Positions 30,357 through 39,632 are shown, counted from the first letter of the stretch. The stretch: 45,109 nt of DNA from Acaryochloridaceae cyanobacterium VAR_48_metabat_390 (GCA_031422435.1 JANPLU010000096.1:1-45109); one strand, 5' to 3'. Numbers and translations: made by a program. The notes: generated from the sequence alone by a model not told the origin.

Positions 30357-30974
30357 TTACGAGATGGCCTGAAACGCGCCGCGCAACTCTCCGGCTCGGT
30401 TTTGTTGGGTATGTAGGTCAATATAGAGTTTGCCTTCGGAGAGCGCCTGAAGCTGTTCTGGGGAGAGGGTGTACTTGCCGCTAAATTTACCACCCATGGT
30501 TTGACGATTTGTTTTTACCGTTAAGGCAAATTGGAATGGGCCATTTTCGGTATCGGCACCCCGATGGATATGCACCGCAGAGGTAATTTTAGGATTGGGC
30601 GGATTGACTGGATCAACGGCGTAGTCCCGCAGGGCGCTGGACAATTGGCTAAAGCTGCCGCGTACCGTCAGGCGATCGCCTTTGAGGGTGGCTTCTGCAC
30701 TGCCCATTGCCATCGTTGAGGGCGCATTGGGCACCACGGTTTGGCTACTCAACGTAATCTGATACTGCTTCATGGATTCACCCATCATCCCTTGTGCCAA
30801 AAGATTGGATTCTGGCTGTAGGTCGCTTGACCACTGCATTGGAGCCGTGTTGCTAAAGGATGGATATGCTGATAAACCGACAATCAAAAGACAGGTCAAT
30901 ACCCCCATCATCAGATTCAGCCACGATTGCACTGCTTTCTTCATTGGTATGCTCCGAGTTTCATGAGACTTCAT
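30357..30974 (-). CDS. Secreted CHRD-domain protein
   Basis: Signal-like N-terminus, AVHIHRG..NGP, LYIDLHT..GELRG. Confidence 0.88.
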   Translation of the reverse strand: MKSHETRSIPMKKAVQSWLNLMMGVLTCLLIVGLSAYPSFSNTAPMQWSSDLQPESNLLAQGMMGESMKQYQITLSSQTVVPNAPSTMAMGSAEATLKGDRLTVRGSFSQLSSALRDYAVDPVNPPNPKITSAVHIHRGADTENGPFQFALTVKTNRQTMGGKFSGKYTLSPEQLQALSEGKLYIDLHTQQNRAGELRGAFQAIS

Positions 30975-30980
30975 GAGTGG

Positions 30981-31007
30981 TACGAAGCATCTATTGATTT
31001 GGATTCA
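30981..31007 (-). promoter_or_regulatory. Putative ECF (SigK-like) promoter of the CHRD gene
   Basis: Minus strand TGAATCC-N16-CGTA, ending 6 nt before ATG 30974. Confidence 0.55.
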
Positions 31008-31106
31008 ATGCTCTGATACCTTAATGCTCTTATACAAAGAGTTGCAGGAATCACAAATACTGCCACTGCGCTCAAAACTTCATCTCAGAGCGCACGACTT
31101 TCAACG

Positions 31107-31138
31107 TTATGAAAAGATAGCATGCTATCTTTTCATAA
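31107..31138. promoter_or_regulatory. Perfect 32-bp palindrome upstream of the fic gene (operator candidate)
   Basis: TTATGAAAAGATAGCA|TGCTATCTTTTCATAA, with a related TTATG..CATAA element at 31148-31169. Confidence 0.55.
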
Positions 31139-31182
31139 TGCGCTTTCTTATGCAAAGATCCTTTCATAACGCACTTAGACTT

Positions 31183-32343
31183 ATGGAAAGAGGGCTTCAA
31201 GGCCATTACGTTCGGTGTTCAACCAGCCCAGAACCTTTTCAGGCACTTATTCCCAGCCCATTGCCTCCTAACCCAGAACTCGTTCTAGACATCGACCTAT
31301 GCGATTGGTTAGAACGTGCCAATCGAGCATTAGGTCGTCTAGACGGTATTGCAACTCTACTGCCTGAAACATCTCTATTTTTGTACCTATACGTCCGAAA
31401 AGAAGCCGTTCTTTCTTCTCAGATTGAAGGGACGCAATCTTCTTTTTCTGACCTACTGCTCTACGAAACCGATGAAGCCCCTGGTGTGCCTTTAGATGAC
31501 GTTCGAGAAGTTTCTCACTATGTAGCGGCATTAGATTGTGGCCTCACACGACTAAGAGAAGGATTTCCGCTGTCTTTAAGGCTAATTCGAGAAATACATG
31601 GAGTGCTTTTATCTCAGGGACGCGGTAGTGAGAAATCTCCTGGGGAGTTTAGAACTTCTTAAAACTGGATTAACGGAACCCGTCCTGGCAATGCTCAGTA
31701 CGTCCCACCTCCCCAAGAGAATTTGATGGACTGTTTAGGGGCGCTAGAAAAATTTATACACGATCAGCCAGTGCGAACGCCGACACTCATCAAAGCAGCC
31801 CTTGCCCATGTGCAATTTGAAACCATTCACCCCTTTTTAGATGGAAATGGTCGCTTGGGCAGGTTATTAATCACCTTTTTGCTCTGTTCTGAAGGCGCAT
31901 TATCAGAACCATTGCTGTATCTCAGTCTGTATTTCAAGACTCATCGCCAGCAGTACTACGACTTGCTACAACAGGTGCGGCTCAAAGGTAGCTGGGAACA
32001 ATGGCTGCAATTTTTCCTGGAAGGGGTCGTCACTACAGCAGAACAGGCTAGCAGCAGCGCCAAGAACATTCTTGACCTTTTTGAGCGCGATCGCCGTCGA
32101 ATTGAAAGCATAGGACGAGGGGCTGGGTCAGCCCTTCAGGTTCATTACATCATGCGTAAAAAGCCGATTTTTTCAATTCATCACCTTTCCAGTCAATTAG
32201 AACTGACGCGCCCTACTATTGCCGCTGCCATTAGTGGATTAGTAGCCCTTGGCATTGTCGAAGAATTGACAGGGCGACAGCGCGATCGCATATTTGTATA
32301 CCGAGACTATCTGAATCTTCTAAATGAGGGCACTGAGCCATAG
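31183..32343 (+). pseudogene. Fic-family protein (Fic_N, Fic, HTH) with one in-frame TAA
   Basis: EAVLSSQIEGT, PGEFRTS*NWI (family usually ..SQNWI), HPFLDGNGRLGR. Both track ORFs are in the same frame; stop at 31660-31662. Confidence 0.9.
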
Positions 32344-32419
32344 GCTTAACCGTGGAGCCGTAGATACGTACAACGCTGGAATCTCCTGTTACATCTTTAA
32401 GACCCCCAAATAGAGTGGT

Positions 32420-32789
32420 GTAGGCTGGGTTTCGCTTCGCTTAACCAAGTCCCTTCAACATAAATCGCTGGCGACGCATCATCGGCGATCGCAGTTGTAC
32501 AACCCTCAAAATGTTGCTTTACTGAGGCGATCGCTTTGGTACATGATGCAGCCATCCACTGAATCCCCTCCGGCGGTCTTTGCCGGAGGGGATTCAGATA
32601 ATTCGATTACAATCCGGTGCGGCAGGGGTTGGTGAGGGCACCGAAGGATTGGGAATATTCCAGTTTTCATAAGTTTGTGCGCGAAGGGAAGTATGACGTG
32701 ATGTGGGGGGCGGATACTTCGCTTGAGTTTGAGGATGATTTTGAGTGATTCGTTATGGGGTATGGGTTTCGTGCCTCAACCCACCCTAC
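32420..32789 (+). mobile_element. Decayed REP-associated tyrosine transposase (RAYT) flanked by inverted GTAG REPs
   Basis: Fragments THHRRSQLYNPQNVALLRRSLWYMMQ (from ~32474) and YNPVRQGLVRAPKDWEYSSFHKFVREGKYDVMWG (32608-32748). REP-like elements at 32420-32453 and 32763-32789. Confidence 0.8.
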
Positions 32790-32823
32790 CATTGCTAATT
32801 TACAATCCCGTGATTCAGCTTTT

Positions 32824-33216
32824 TCAGTCAATTACGGTTCGAGTATCTACAATACTGCCATCACGCAAAATAGTACTATCGAAGATGGCACCTTCCAATC
32901 CGGGACGTCCCTTAAATCCTCTCATGTTGGCGTTGCTCAGGTCAACCCCCAACATATCAGCACCGCTCAAATTGGCACCGCTCAAGTTGGCACCGCTCAA
33001 GTTAGCTCCACTCAAAGCAGCCCATTGGGTCAAGTTGGCACCGCTTAAGTTGGCTCCACTCAGGTTAGCTTCTCGCCAATCAACACCGCTTAAGTTGGCA
33101 TCACTTAAGTCAATCTCCCTCAAATCAGCCCTTCTCAGATTAGTTTGACTCAAATCAACCCCACTGAAATTTCTTTCGCCAGCAGTATATTGTTCGAGCA
33201 ATTCTTCAGCAGTCAT
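32824..33216 (-). CDS. Pentapeptide-repeat protein
   Basis: MTAEELLEQYTAGERNFSGVDLS followed by A(N/D)LSG repeats; SD-like GGAGAG upstream. Confidence 0.92.
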   Translation of the reverse strand: MTAEELLEQYTAGERNFSGVDLSQTNLRRADLREIDLSDANLSGVDWREANLSGANLSGANLTQWAALSGANLSGANLSGANLSGADMLGVDLSNANMRGFKGRPGLEGAIFDSTILRDGSIVDTRTVID

Positions 33217-33337
33217 AACATCTCTCCTGCATCAATTTACGAAATCAACAATACTGCACTCACCTTCTGGGACACGCCTATCCATTTTAGATTCTCAACA
33301 AAATAGACAGGATTGAAGCGCTGGATAAATTTATGGC

Positions 33338-34081
33338 TTAGTTATTTTGGGTTAGCAGATGAGCATTCAGTGGCGTAGCGCCTAACGTCAAGTAGGCAGC
33401 TTGGGCGGCAGCTTTTTCGGCAGCTTTACGAGAAGACCCCGTACCCACGCCACAGCATTTATCCTGAATCCAAACTTCGGCACTAAAACGCAGAAGTGGC
33501 GAAGCGGGGGTCGCTTCTTCTGTCACGCGATACTCTGGCAACAGATGGAAGTGGCCTTGAGTCCATTGCTGAAGGGCAGCTTTATAGTTTTGATAGGTGG
33601 GGTCTAAGCGTACCTGCACTGCCCGCTGCTCTAGCTCTGGCTTTAGCCACGGCTCAATCAGCGTAAAGTTGTGGGTGCTAAGGTAAAGCGCACCAATCAC
33701 GGCCTCTAAAGTATTGGCAAGCCGTGAGGTTTCGCCCTTAATATCGCGGGCGGCACTGGGGGCAACCAGCAAAAACCGCTCTAGCCCAAAGGCGTAGGCA
33801 ATATCTGAAAGAATGCGATCGCTCACCAGTACAGAGCGCACCGCCGTCCATTGCCCGACGGTATCGCTAGGGTCATGTACCCACAAATGCTGTGCCACAA
33901 ATAGGCGCAATACCGCATCACCTAAAAACTCAAGCTGCTCATAGTTATCTGTGGCGCAGAAGCTAACGTGGGTGAGGGCCAAGTCTAGAAGCGACCACTG
34001 CACGGCAGCAGTACTCGGCAGCCCTAGGCGGTCTACCAACTTTTCTAGCTGTTTTTTTCGCCCTGGTAAAAGTGCTGCCAT
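33338..34081 (-). CDS. rnc: Ribonuclease III
   Basis: LALTHVS, NYEQLEFLGDAVL, LEAVIGALYL, dsRBD NYKAALQQWTQ..GSSRKAAEKAAA. Confidence 0.95.
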   Translation of the reverse strand: MAALLPGRKKQLEKLVDRLGLPSTAAVQWSLLDLALTHVSFCATDNYEQLEFLGDAVLRLFVAQHLWVHDPSDTVGQWTAVRSVLVSDRILSDIAYAFGLERFLLVAPSAARDIKGETSRLANTLEAVIGALYLSTHNFTLIEPWLKPELEQRAVQVRLDPTYQNYKAALQQWTQGHFHLLPEYRVTEEATPASPLLRFSAEVWIQDKCCGVGTGSSRKAAEKAAAQAAYLTLGATPLNAHLLTQNN

Positions 34082-34100
34082 AGAAAAAGTTTATTTTGTA

Positions 34101-34501
34101 AGGAAAGAGCCGGACATAAGCCGGGTTCTGTTCTCTTTACGCCGAGGCACAAAGAGGGCAGTTATCTATCTGGGACATTTGTTACCAAACGCCTCAAGCG
34201 GCTCATCAACAGGACAGGGAAAAGACCAACCTTTGCCCCACTGCCTTGCTTCCAACCGGGGTTTACCGAGCCAGCACCTCTCGATGCTGCTGGTGCGCTC
34301 TTACCGCACCTTTGCACCCTTACCAGCTTTGAGAACTGCACGCAGTGCCCAAAACTTCGGCGGTATGTTTCTGTGGCACTCTCCTCACGGTCGCCCGCAC
34401 TGGGCGTTACCCAGCAAGTCTGGTCTTTGGGAAGCCCGGACTTTCCTCAGCATAATGACATGCTGTCACTATGCCGCAACCGCCTCGCCTGCTCTTTCCC
34501 T
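34101..34501 (-). ncRNA. rnpB: RNase P RNA (type A)
   Basis: Minus strand GAGGAAAGTCCGGGCT, AGTGCCACAGAAA, GGTGCAAAGGTGCGGTAAGAGCGCACC, GGTAAACCCC, ACAGAACCCGGCTTA. P1 pairing GGAAAGAGC/GCTCTTTCC; -10 TACACT just upstream. Confidence 0.98.
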
Positions 34502-34542
34502 TTCCTAGTGTAAAGGTTGATGCAAGAATTACTGGCTGAGTT

Positions 34543-35400
34543 CTACCAAGACACTTTGCTCTCCGCTACGCTAAAAGGCGGGATTTTAGATCCACGTTTT
34601 TGATAAGTTTGAGCCATCGGCTCGTCCAATACCAGCCCTCGATGCAGTAGGCGATCGCCGATAACTTGAGAATGGTCAGCACGATGCATCGTGCAACGAT
34701 TATCCCAGATTGCAATGTCGCCTAGTTGCCATCTGTGACGGTACAGCCTGTAGTGGCGAATTGAATGCTGATAAAGCAACCGTATAATCCGCTGGGCTTT
34801 GTCACTCGCCATGCCCGAAATGGCTTGACAGCGTTTCGGTGTCGATAAAAATAAAGCCAATCGGCCTGAAAGAGGATGCTGTAAAAACAGGGGATGCCAA
34901 CTTTGGCTTTCTTGGTGCTCATCTGGCGCTACGCCAGTAATAATGTGAAGCACCCGCGCATCCACAAGCTGATTTTTTACAATGCTGGGCAAAGTCTCAT
35001 AGGCACGATACTGATTTGAAAATAATGTATCTCCACCCGAGGCAGGAATAGTGAGTGCGCGCAATGCCGTGAAGGCGGGTGGTCTAGCAATATAGCTAGT
35101 ATCTGTATGAAAAACGCTCTTTGGTGGACGAGATCGTCCAATATTGCTAACCACATTGAGATCAGGTTGAAGTAATACGGGTGTCTCACCTTTGGTAAAA
35201 GTCATCGGCCCCAATCGACTCAGAAAAGCGACAAAGTCTGCATCACTCACTGCTTGCTCCCGGAAGACGACCAGTCCGTTACGTGCGATCGCATACTTCA
35301 AAGAAACTAAGTCTTCATCATCGATCTCAGTAATCTTAATCTCATTGACCTCGATCCCAAAGGGTGATAGCGCGCGAGAATAAATACTTTCCCTATTCAT
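34543..35400 (-). CDS. TauD/TfdA Fe(II)/2-oxoglutarate dioxygenase
   Basis: GLVVFREQ, FHTDTSY (HxD), GGDTLF, WDNRCTMHRA, RLLHR. Confidence 0.93.
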   Translation of the reverse strand: MNRESIYSRALSPFGIEVNEIKITEIDDEDLVSLKYAIARNGLVVFREQAVSDADFVAFLSRLGPMTFTKGETPVLLQPDLNVVSNIGRSRPPKSVFHTDTSYIARPPAFTALRALTIPASGGDTLFSNQYRAYETLPSIVKNQLVDARVLHIITGVAPDEHQESQSWHPLFLQHPLSGRLALFLSTPKRCQAISGMASDKAQRIIRLLYQHSIRHYRLYRHRWQLGDIAIWDNRCTMHRADHSQVIGDRLLHRGLVLDEPMAQTYQKRGSKIPPFSVAESKVSW

Positions 35401-35418
35401 GATTTCTGTCTACACAGC

Positions 35419-36105
35419 TTACCTAATATTTTGAGCTAAGTTACCTGTAACAAACTTTATTATTTCGTCAGAATCTAATCGATTCACTAAACAAGTGGCT
35501 CCTTCAAAGTCGTGATGAGCAGTATTTTGATTTGGAAAAGCAATGCAACTTAAACCTGCTGATCTTGCTGCTTTGAATCCGTCTAGATTATCCTCAATTG
35601 CAATACAATCAACCGCTCTTTCATTTAATTGCTCTAGAGTAAAAGTGTAGGCGGCTTTGTCTGGCTTTGGACGAACTACGCGATCTGCACTCAAGATGAG
35701 ATCAAAATCAGTTGCTTGGATACTTGGAGCTAAAGCTTCCAGCAGCAAAGAAATATTTTCCTGAGTTGTTGTTGTCACAAATGCAATCTTAAAGCCTTGA
35801 CTTTTTGCACTCTGGATTGTTTCGACCACACCTAAGCGAGGCTCAATCTGAGATGTGGCTAAGCTGCTTTGAAAAATTTTGGACTTTGATCGGTGAATTG
35901 CATCAACATCAACCGTTTGTTTCATGAAATCTGCATAGTTAACAATTCGATTTTGACCGCCGCTTTTTTCTAACATTGCTAGATAGTCTTCTCGATGCCA
36001 ATGCCAGTCAAGTCCATGAGCCTTAAAGGCCTGATTGAAAGCCTGTCTCTGTATCTCGGAGGTATCTGCAACTGTACCAATGGAGCCAAACAAAATAGCT
36101 GGCAT
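35419..36105 (-). CDS. HAD-IA hydrolase-like protein (CbbY-like)
   Basis: QRQAFNQAF..GL.WHW, GGQNRI, VTTT, KPDKAAY, AIED. Motif I reads FGSIGTVADTSE. Confidence 0.85.
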   Translation of the reverse strand: MPAILFGSIGTVADTSEIQRQAFNQAFKAHGLDWHWHREDYLAMLEKSGGQNRIVNYADFMKQTVDVDAIHRSKSKIFQSSLATSQIEPRLGVVETIQSAKSQGFKIAFVTTTTQENISLLLEALAPSIQATDFDLILSADRVVRPKPDKAAYTFTLEQLNERAVDCIAIEDNLDGFKAARSAGLSCIAFPNQNTAHHDFEGATCLVNRLDSDEIIKFVTGNLAQNIR

Positions 36106-36396
36106 AAAGTTCCTCTTTTATATTTATAGTTATCTATACTAAAATTATTGTACCTAGATATTTTTACGAGACAGGCCTAAAATCCTATCAGTTTTATTAC
36201 CATTTTAGATGGCACGTCTGTTATCACTTTTGGTCTTAGAGAACATTAAAATTATTTCAAGCTTATTGCCTCTGTCAATAGAATTATTTTTAATAAAATC
36301 TGAGAGCTATACTAAAAGGACGCTAAACGCTTTGGTCAATCAATTGTGTTGAAATTGTGCCATAGAAAGTTGGGTGTAGATGAAGGTGTGAAGATT

Positions 36397-37344
36397 CTAA
36401 AACGAAAATGAAGCCTGAACCGCGCCCTGGATGTCGGGATTGCTAGGATTTGTGGGGTTGCTGATAATCACAACGCTGGGCGAAAGCATGAGGCGATCGC
36501 CAATGGGAAACTGATAAAACGCGCCGTAGTTGTTTGAGTCAAGCGACCCAAGCGGATTGGCAAAGGTTCGTCCTGCCGATAAGGTCAACACCGACTTCGG
36601 AATAATAAAGCCACGAATGCCAATGCCAGCACTCCAATTTTGAAAGCTGCGATCTTCAACGGCAGAGGTAAGGTCTAAGTCGCTTTGCATTAGTGTAGTG
36701 CCACTTTTAGAAAGGTTGAGAGGGGTTCCTACTGCAACAGAGTATCGACCAAATACACCAACGTTGCCAAGGTTTGCTTCTGCCTTGATCCCTAGGCTTC
36801 CGTTTTGCATAACATTTTCTTGACGCTTGATGGGAGCGTCTTGATCTAACCCTCTAACCCACCGGATAGAAGGACTGCTAGAGGCTGGTGTGCCTGAACT
36901 GGGATCAATAAATTGCCGCAGACGAATGAGATCAGACTGACTATCTTGAAGTGCCGCTAGCTCTAGCTTAAATTCTGAGCGAAGAGTCTTAATGGCAGAC
37001 TGCTCTTGAGCAGTGAGTGTGCGATCGCCTAAGGAATCTAGACAAGAGGCCAGCAGCGCCGCCATTTCGTAGCGGTTGGTGGACTGTGTACTAGATTGCA
37101 GTCCGGCAGCAGGCACTGCACAGCGATGGTGTTCAACCAATTGAGTTAAAGACCGTGCTGCTGACGCTGGAGCTTTCTGGGTTGGTGCGGCGACCGCTTG
37201 TGCCAGCAAAACTTGGGGTGTTGCAATCGGAGGATTGTTCAAAGACGGGTCTGCTAGAGCAGGTAGGGTTTGACTAAACCCTACGACTAACAAACAAACC
37301 CATAGAGAATTGAGGTTGTTCACTAAATTGACTCCTGACACCAC
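36397..37344 (-). CDS. Short SLH-containing outer-membrane porin-like protein
   Basis: LTQLVEHHRC..TNRYEMAALLASCLD..LRSEFKLELAAL (degenerate SLH and coiled coil of cyanobacterial porins), C-terminal beta-strands NYGAFYQFPIGDRLMLSP, terminal Phe. Confidence 0.75.
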   Translation of the reverse strand: MVSGVNLVNNLNSLWVCLLVVGFSQTLPALADPSLNNPPIATPQVLLAQAVAAPTQKAPASAARSLTQLVEHHRCAVPAAGLQSSTQSTNRYEMAALLASCLDSLGDRTLTAQEQSAIKTLRSEFKLELAALQDSQSDLIRLRQFIDPSSGTPASSSPSIRWVRGLDQDAPIKRQENVMQNGSLGIKAEANLGNVGVFGRYSVAVGTPLNLSKSGTTLMQSDLDLTSAVEDRSFQNWSAGIGIRGFIIPKSVLTLSAGRTFANPLGSLDSNNYGAFYQFPIGDRLMLSPSVVIISNPTNPSNPDIQGAVQASFSF

Positions 37345-37483
37345 AGGGAGTTTTAACAGAAAAATTTAGTCGTGTTGATTGTGCTTGAATTTAAGGCAAT
37401 TGCGCTAGGCAGTTCTAACCTAGAATGCCCAAATCCTTCCTCAAGTTTAAACAGGGGTTTAATATTTCGCTGTATTTAAACGG

Positions 37484-38488
37484 TCATAGTGAGATCATTT
37501 TGTTGAGTGGATGTAAGCACAGCCAAGGATGCTGCACTGCGACAACAATGTTGGCAATGAGCGGATCGGTGCGATCTCCGTTATTCCCCTCCACTAATGT
37601 CAGCACCTTCTCAATCTGCTCAAAATTGGGCTGAATCTTAAGGTGAGAATGTAGCCAAAGCCGCAAAACTCGCCGCTGCAAGGCAAGGTGGGTCTGCTGT
37701 AAAATCTGACGATCTAGGGCTGCCAAAAGCGGTATTGGCACAGATAAAATAGCAGCCTGCGCCAGTACCTGCTGAGCCGCCTGATCTAAATAATCTGTCT
37801 CTGCCTGCAAGATTTCAGCGGTTCTGGCAAGAGTTGTTTCAATTTTAGGATTAAAGTTCTGACGCAGTTGAGGCAGCAGCGTTAATCGAATTTGATTACG
37901 ACGATAGGTTAGATCTGCGTTCATACTGTCTTCCCAGGTGGGGAGCTGATGCTGGGTACAGAACGCCCCCGTTTGCTGGCGCGTAATGCCCAACAACGGG
38001 CGAATCAACTGCACCTGCTCTGCGAGAGGACGTTGCCAAGCCAGTGCCTGAAGCCCATCCATGCCGCTGCCGCGCATGAGATTGTACAGCAGTGTTTCAG
38101 CGCGATCGCTCGCCGTATGAGCCGTCAAAACGGCGCTAAATCCTTGTGTCTCTGCCAGTTCTTTTAAGACTTCATAGCGCCAGTATCGACCTTCCGCTTC
38201 GCCTTTAAGAATGTGTGGTGCAGTGAAACTATAGTGTTCTAGATTCCAAGTTTGAGCCAGTTGCGCAACGTGGGCAGCATTGGCATCAGAATCTAGAGGC
38301 CAGCGATGATTACAGTGGGCGATCGCCAATCTCCAGCCCCACTTCGGCTGTAAATCTCGCAAAATTTGCAGCAGGCACATCGAGTCTTGCCCTGCGGAGA
38401 AGGCTAGGGCGATCGATTGTCCCTTGACTAAGAGCGATCGCTGACGCAGAGTTTGGTGAATAGTTGCGTGAAGCGCAGTCCAGACCAT
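37484..38488 (-). CDS. tilS: tRNA(Ile)-lysidine synthase
   Basis: AFSAGQDS, HCNHRW, TAHTASDRAETLLYNLMRGSG, IRPLL, RNQIR. Confidence 0.95.
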   Translation of the reverse strand: MVWTALHATIHQTLRQRSLLVKGQSIALAFSAGQDSMCLLQILRDLQPKWGWRLAIAHCNHRWPLDSDANAAHVAQLAQTWNLEHYSFTAPHILKGEAEGRYWRYEVLKELAETQGFSAVLTAHTASDRAETLLYNLMRGSGMDGLQALAWQRPLAEQVQLIRPLLGITRQQTGAFCTQHQLPTWEDSMNADLTYRRNQIRLTLLPQLRQNFNPKIETTLARTAEILQAETDYLDQAAQQVLAQAAILSVPIPLLAALDRQILQQTHLALQRRVLRLWLHSHLKIQPNFEQIEKVLTLVEGNNGDRTDPLIANIVVAVQHPWLCLHPLNKMISL

Positions 38489-38492
38489 CGGC

Positions 38493-39632
38493 TTAAACTA
38501 GAGGGGTAGGTACCCACTGATTCAGTAGGGTTTGACCCAGTTCGCCAATAGCAAAAATCTGGCGATCTCGGTCAAACAAAGCACACCCGACCTGTACCTG
38601 TTGCTCACTGTGGGTGTAGATATAGTGCTGCGATCGCCCCTCAACCGCCGCCACGATCGACTGATATATCAGAGCCACCCAAGGCGGCTGCCCCATCTGC
38701 TGCTCAAGCTGCCGTAGATAGGTCAACCCATCCTCAGCAGACGCACTCTGAAGCAACTGCTGAAGTGCTGGTGTGGGCAAACCTGCTACAACCCCATGAG
38801 CCGTCAAAATTTCTTGGCGACCATCTGCAACATGATGATGGGTATGAAAAATACCCCCTGCCAACTTCATCAGCTTACCGTGATAGCCCAGTAATAAAAT
38901 AGACTTGATTTTTTGCACCCCTGCTTCTGCTAGCAAAGGGCCAAGCCAGTTCGCCGTTTTAACTAAACATGCCTCTGGGATGCCCAGCCGACGAGATAAA
39001 TCCAGACCATTTTCGCCAATGCAAAAGACAAGGCGATCGCTTTGGCTAGCTTTCTCTTTCAGCTCTAAGCGAAAAATCTCAAGCTGCCGGGGTGCGCTCA
39101 GCGGTTGGGAAATACCTGATGTGCCCAACAGCGAAAGCCCTTCCACAACGCCAAAGGCTTCGTTAGAGGTACGTTTGGCTAAGGCACGACCCTCAGGGAG
39201 AAGGAGCGTGATTTGAATGCGATCGCCCCCCTTCAATCGCTGGCTCAAGTTTGCCTCAATGAGTTCCTTAGCATAGGCATAGATGGCAAACGCACCAGCT
39301 CCTTGCCGTTGGCGACCAATGCCTTCACCCCCCCAAATCACGACAGAATCCGTTTGTGTGGATGGTGCCCATTCGACCAGTGCCCAGATCGGCGTGTTGC
39401 GAGTTAAATCTAAATTGTCGCCAGGATCGCTGCGGGTGACAGCAAGAGCGACGCCTGACTTAAGGCCACATACGCTCTCGATTTCAATCTCGGCAGATTC
39501 GGCAGGGTGAATTAAATCGAGGGTGACGGTTTCTAGGGCAATGCTGTTATAAAGCCAATGGAGGGCGGCGATCGCAGCGCCACAGGCAAAAACAGGGAGC
39601 GTATAGCCAGCACGAGGCAGTAAGTCAGACAT
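38493..39632 (-). CDS. cbiD: Cobalt-precorrin-5B C1-methyltransferase
   Basis: GYTLPVFA, SDPGDNLDLT, GGEGIG, RTSNEAFGVVEGLSLLGTSG, GYHGKLMKLAGGIFHTH. Confidence 0.95.
   Translation of the reverse strand: MSDLLPRAGYTLPVFACGAAIAALHWLYNSIALETVTLDLIHPAESAEIEIESVCGLKSGVALAVTRSDPGDNLDLTRNTPIWALVEWAPSTQTDSVVIWGGEGIGRQRQGAGAFAIYAYAKELIEANLSQRLKGGDRIQITLLLPEGRALAKRTSNEAFGVVEGLSLLGTSGISQPLSAPRQLEIFRLELKEKASQSDRLVFCIGENGLDLSRRLGIPEACLVKTANWLGPLLAEAGVQKIKSILLLGYHGKLMKLAGGIFHTHHHVADGRQEILTAHGVVAGLPTPALQQLLQSASAEDGLTYLRQLEQQMGQPPWVALIYQSIVAAVEGRSQHYIYTHSEQQVQVGCALFDRDRQIFAIGELGQTLLNQWVPTPLV

Noticed and set aside
30973..31182. N-terminal extension of Fic in the ORF track
   Set aside because: It runs through the ECF promoter and the palindromes; family-like sequence begins at ATG 31183.
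31660..31662. Programmed readthrough or recoding in fic
   Set aside because: The stop is TAA, not TGA or TAG, and TAA is used as a normal stop throughout the window.
32723..33148. 141-aa ORF with KLAPL repeats
   Set aside because: A standard antisense shadow of pentapeptide repeats, in a different frame from the one discussed in the findings.
33951..34508. 185-aa plus-strand ORF
   Set aside because: Antisense to rnpB and the rnc start; a typical spurious ORF.
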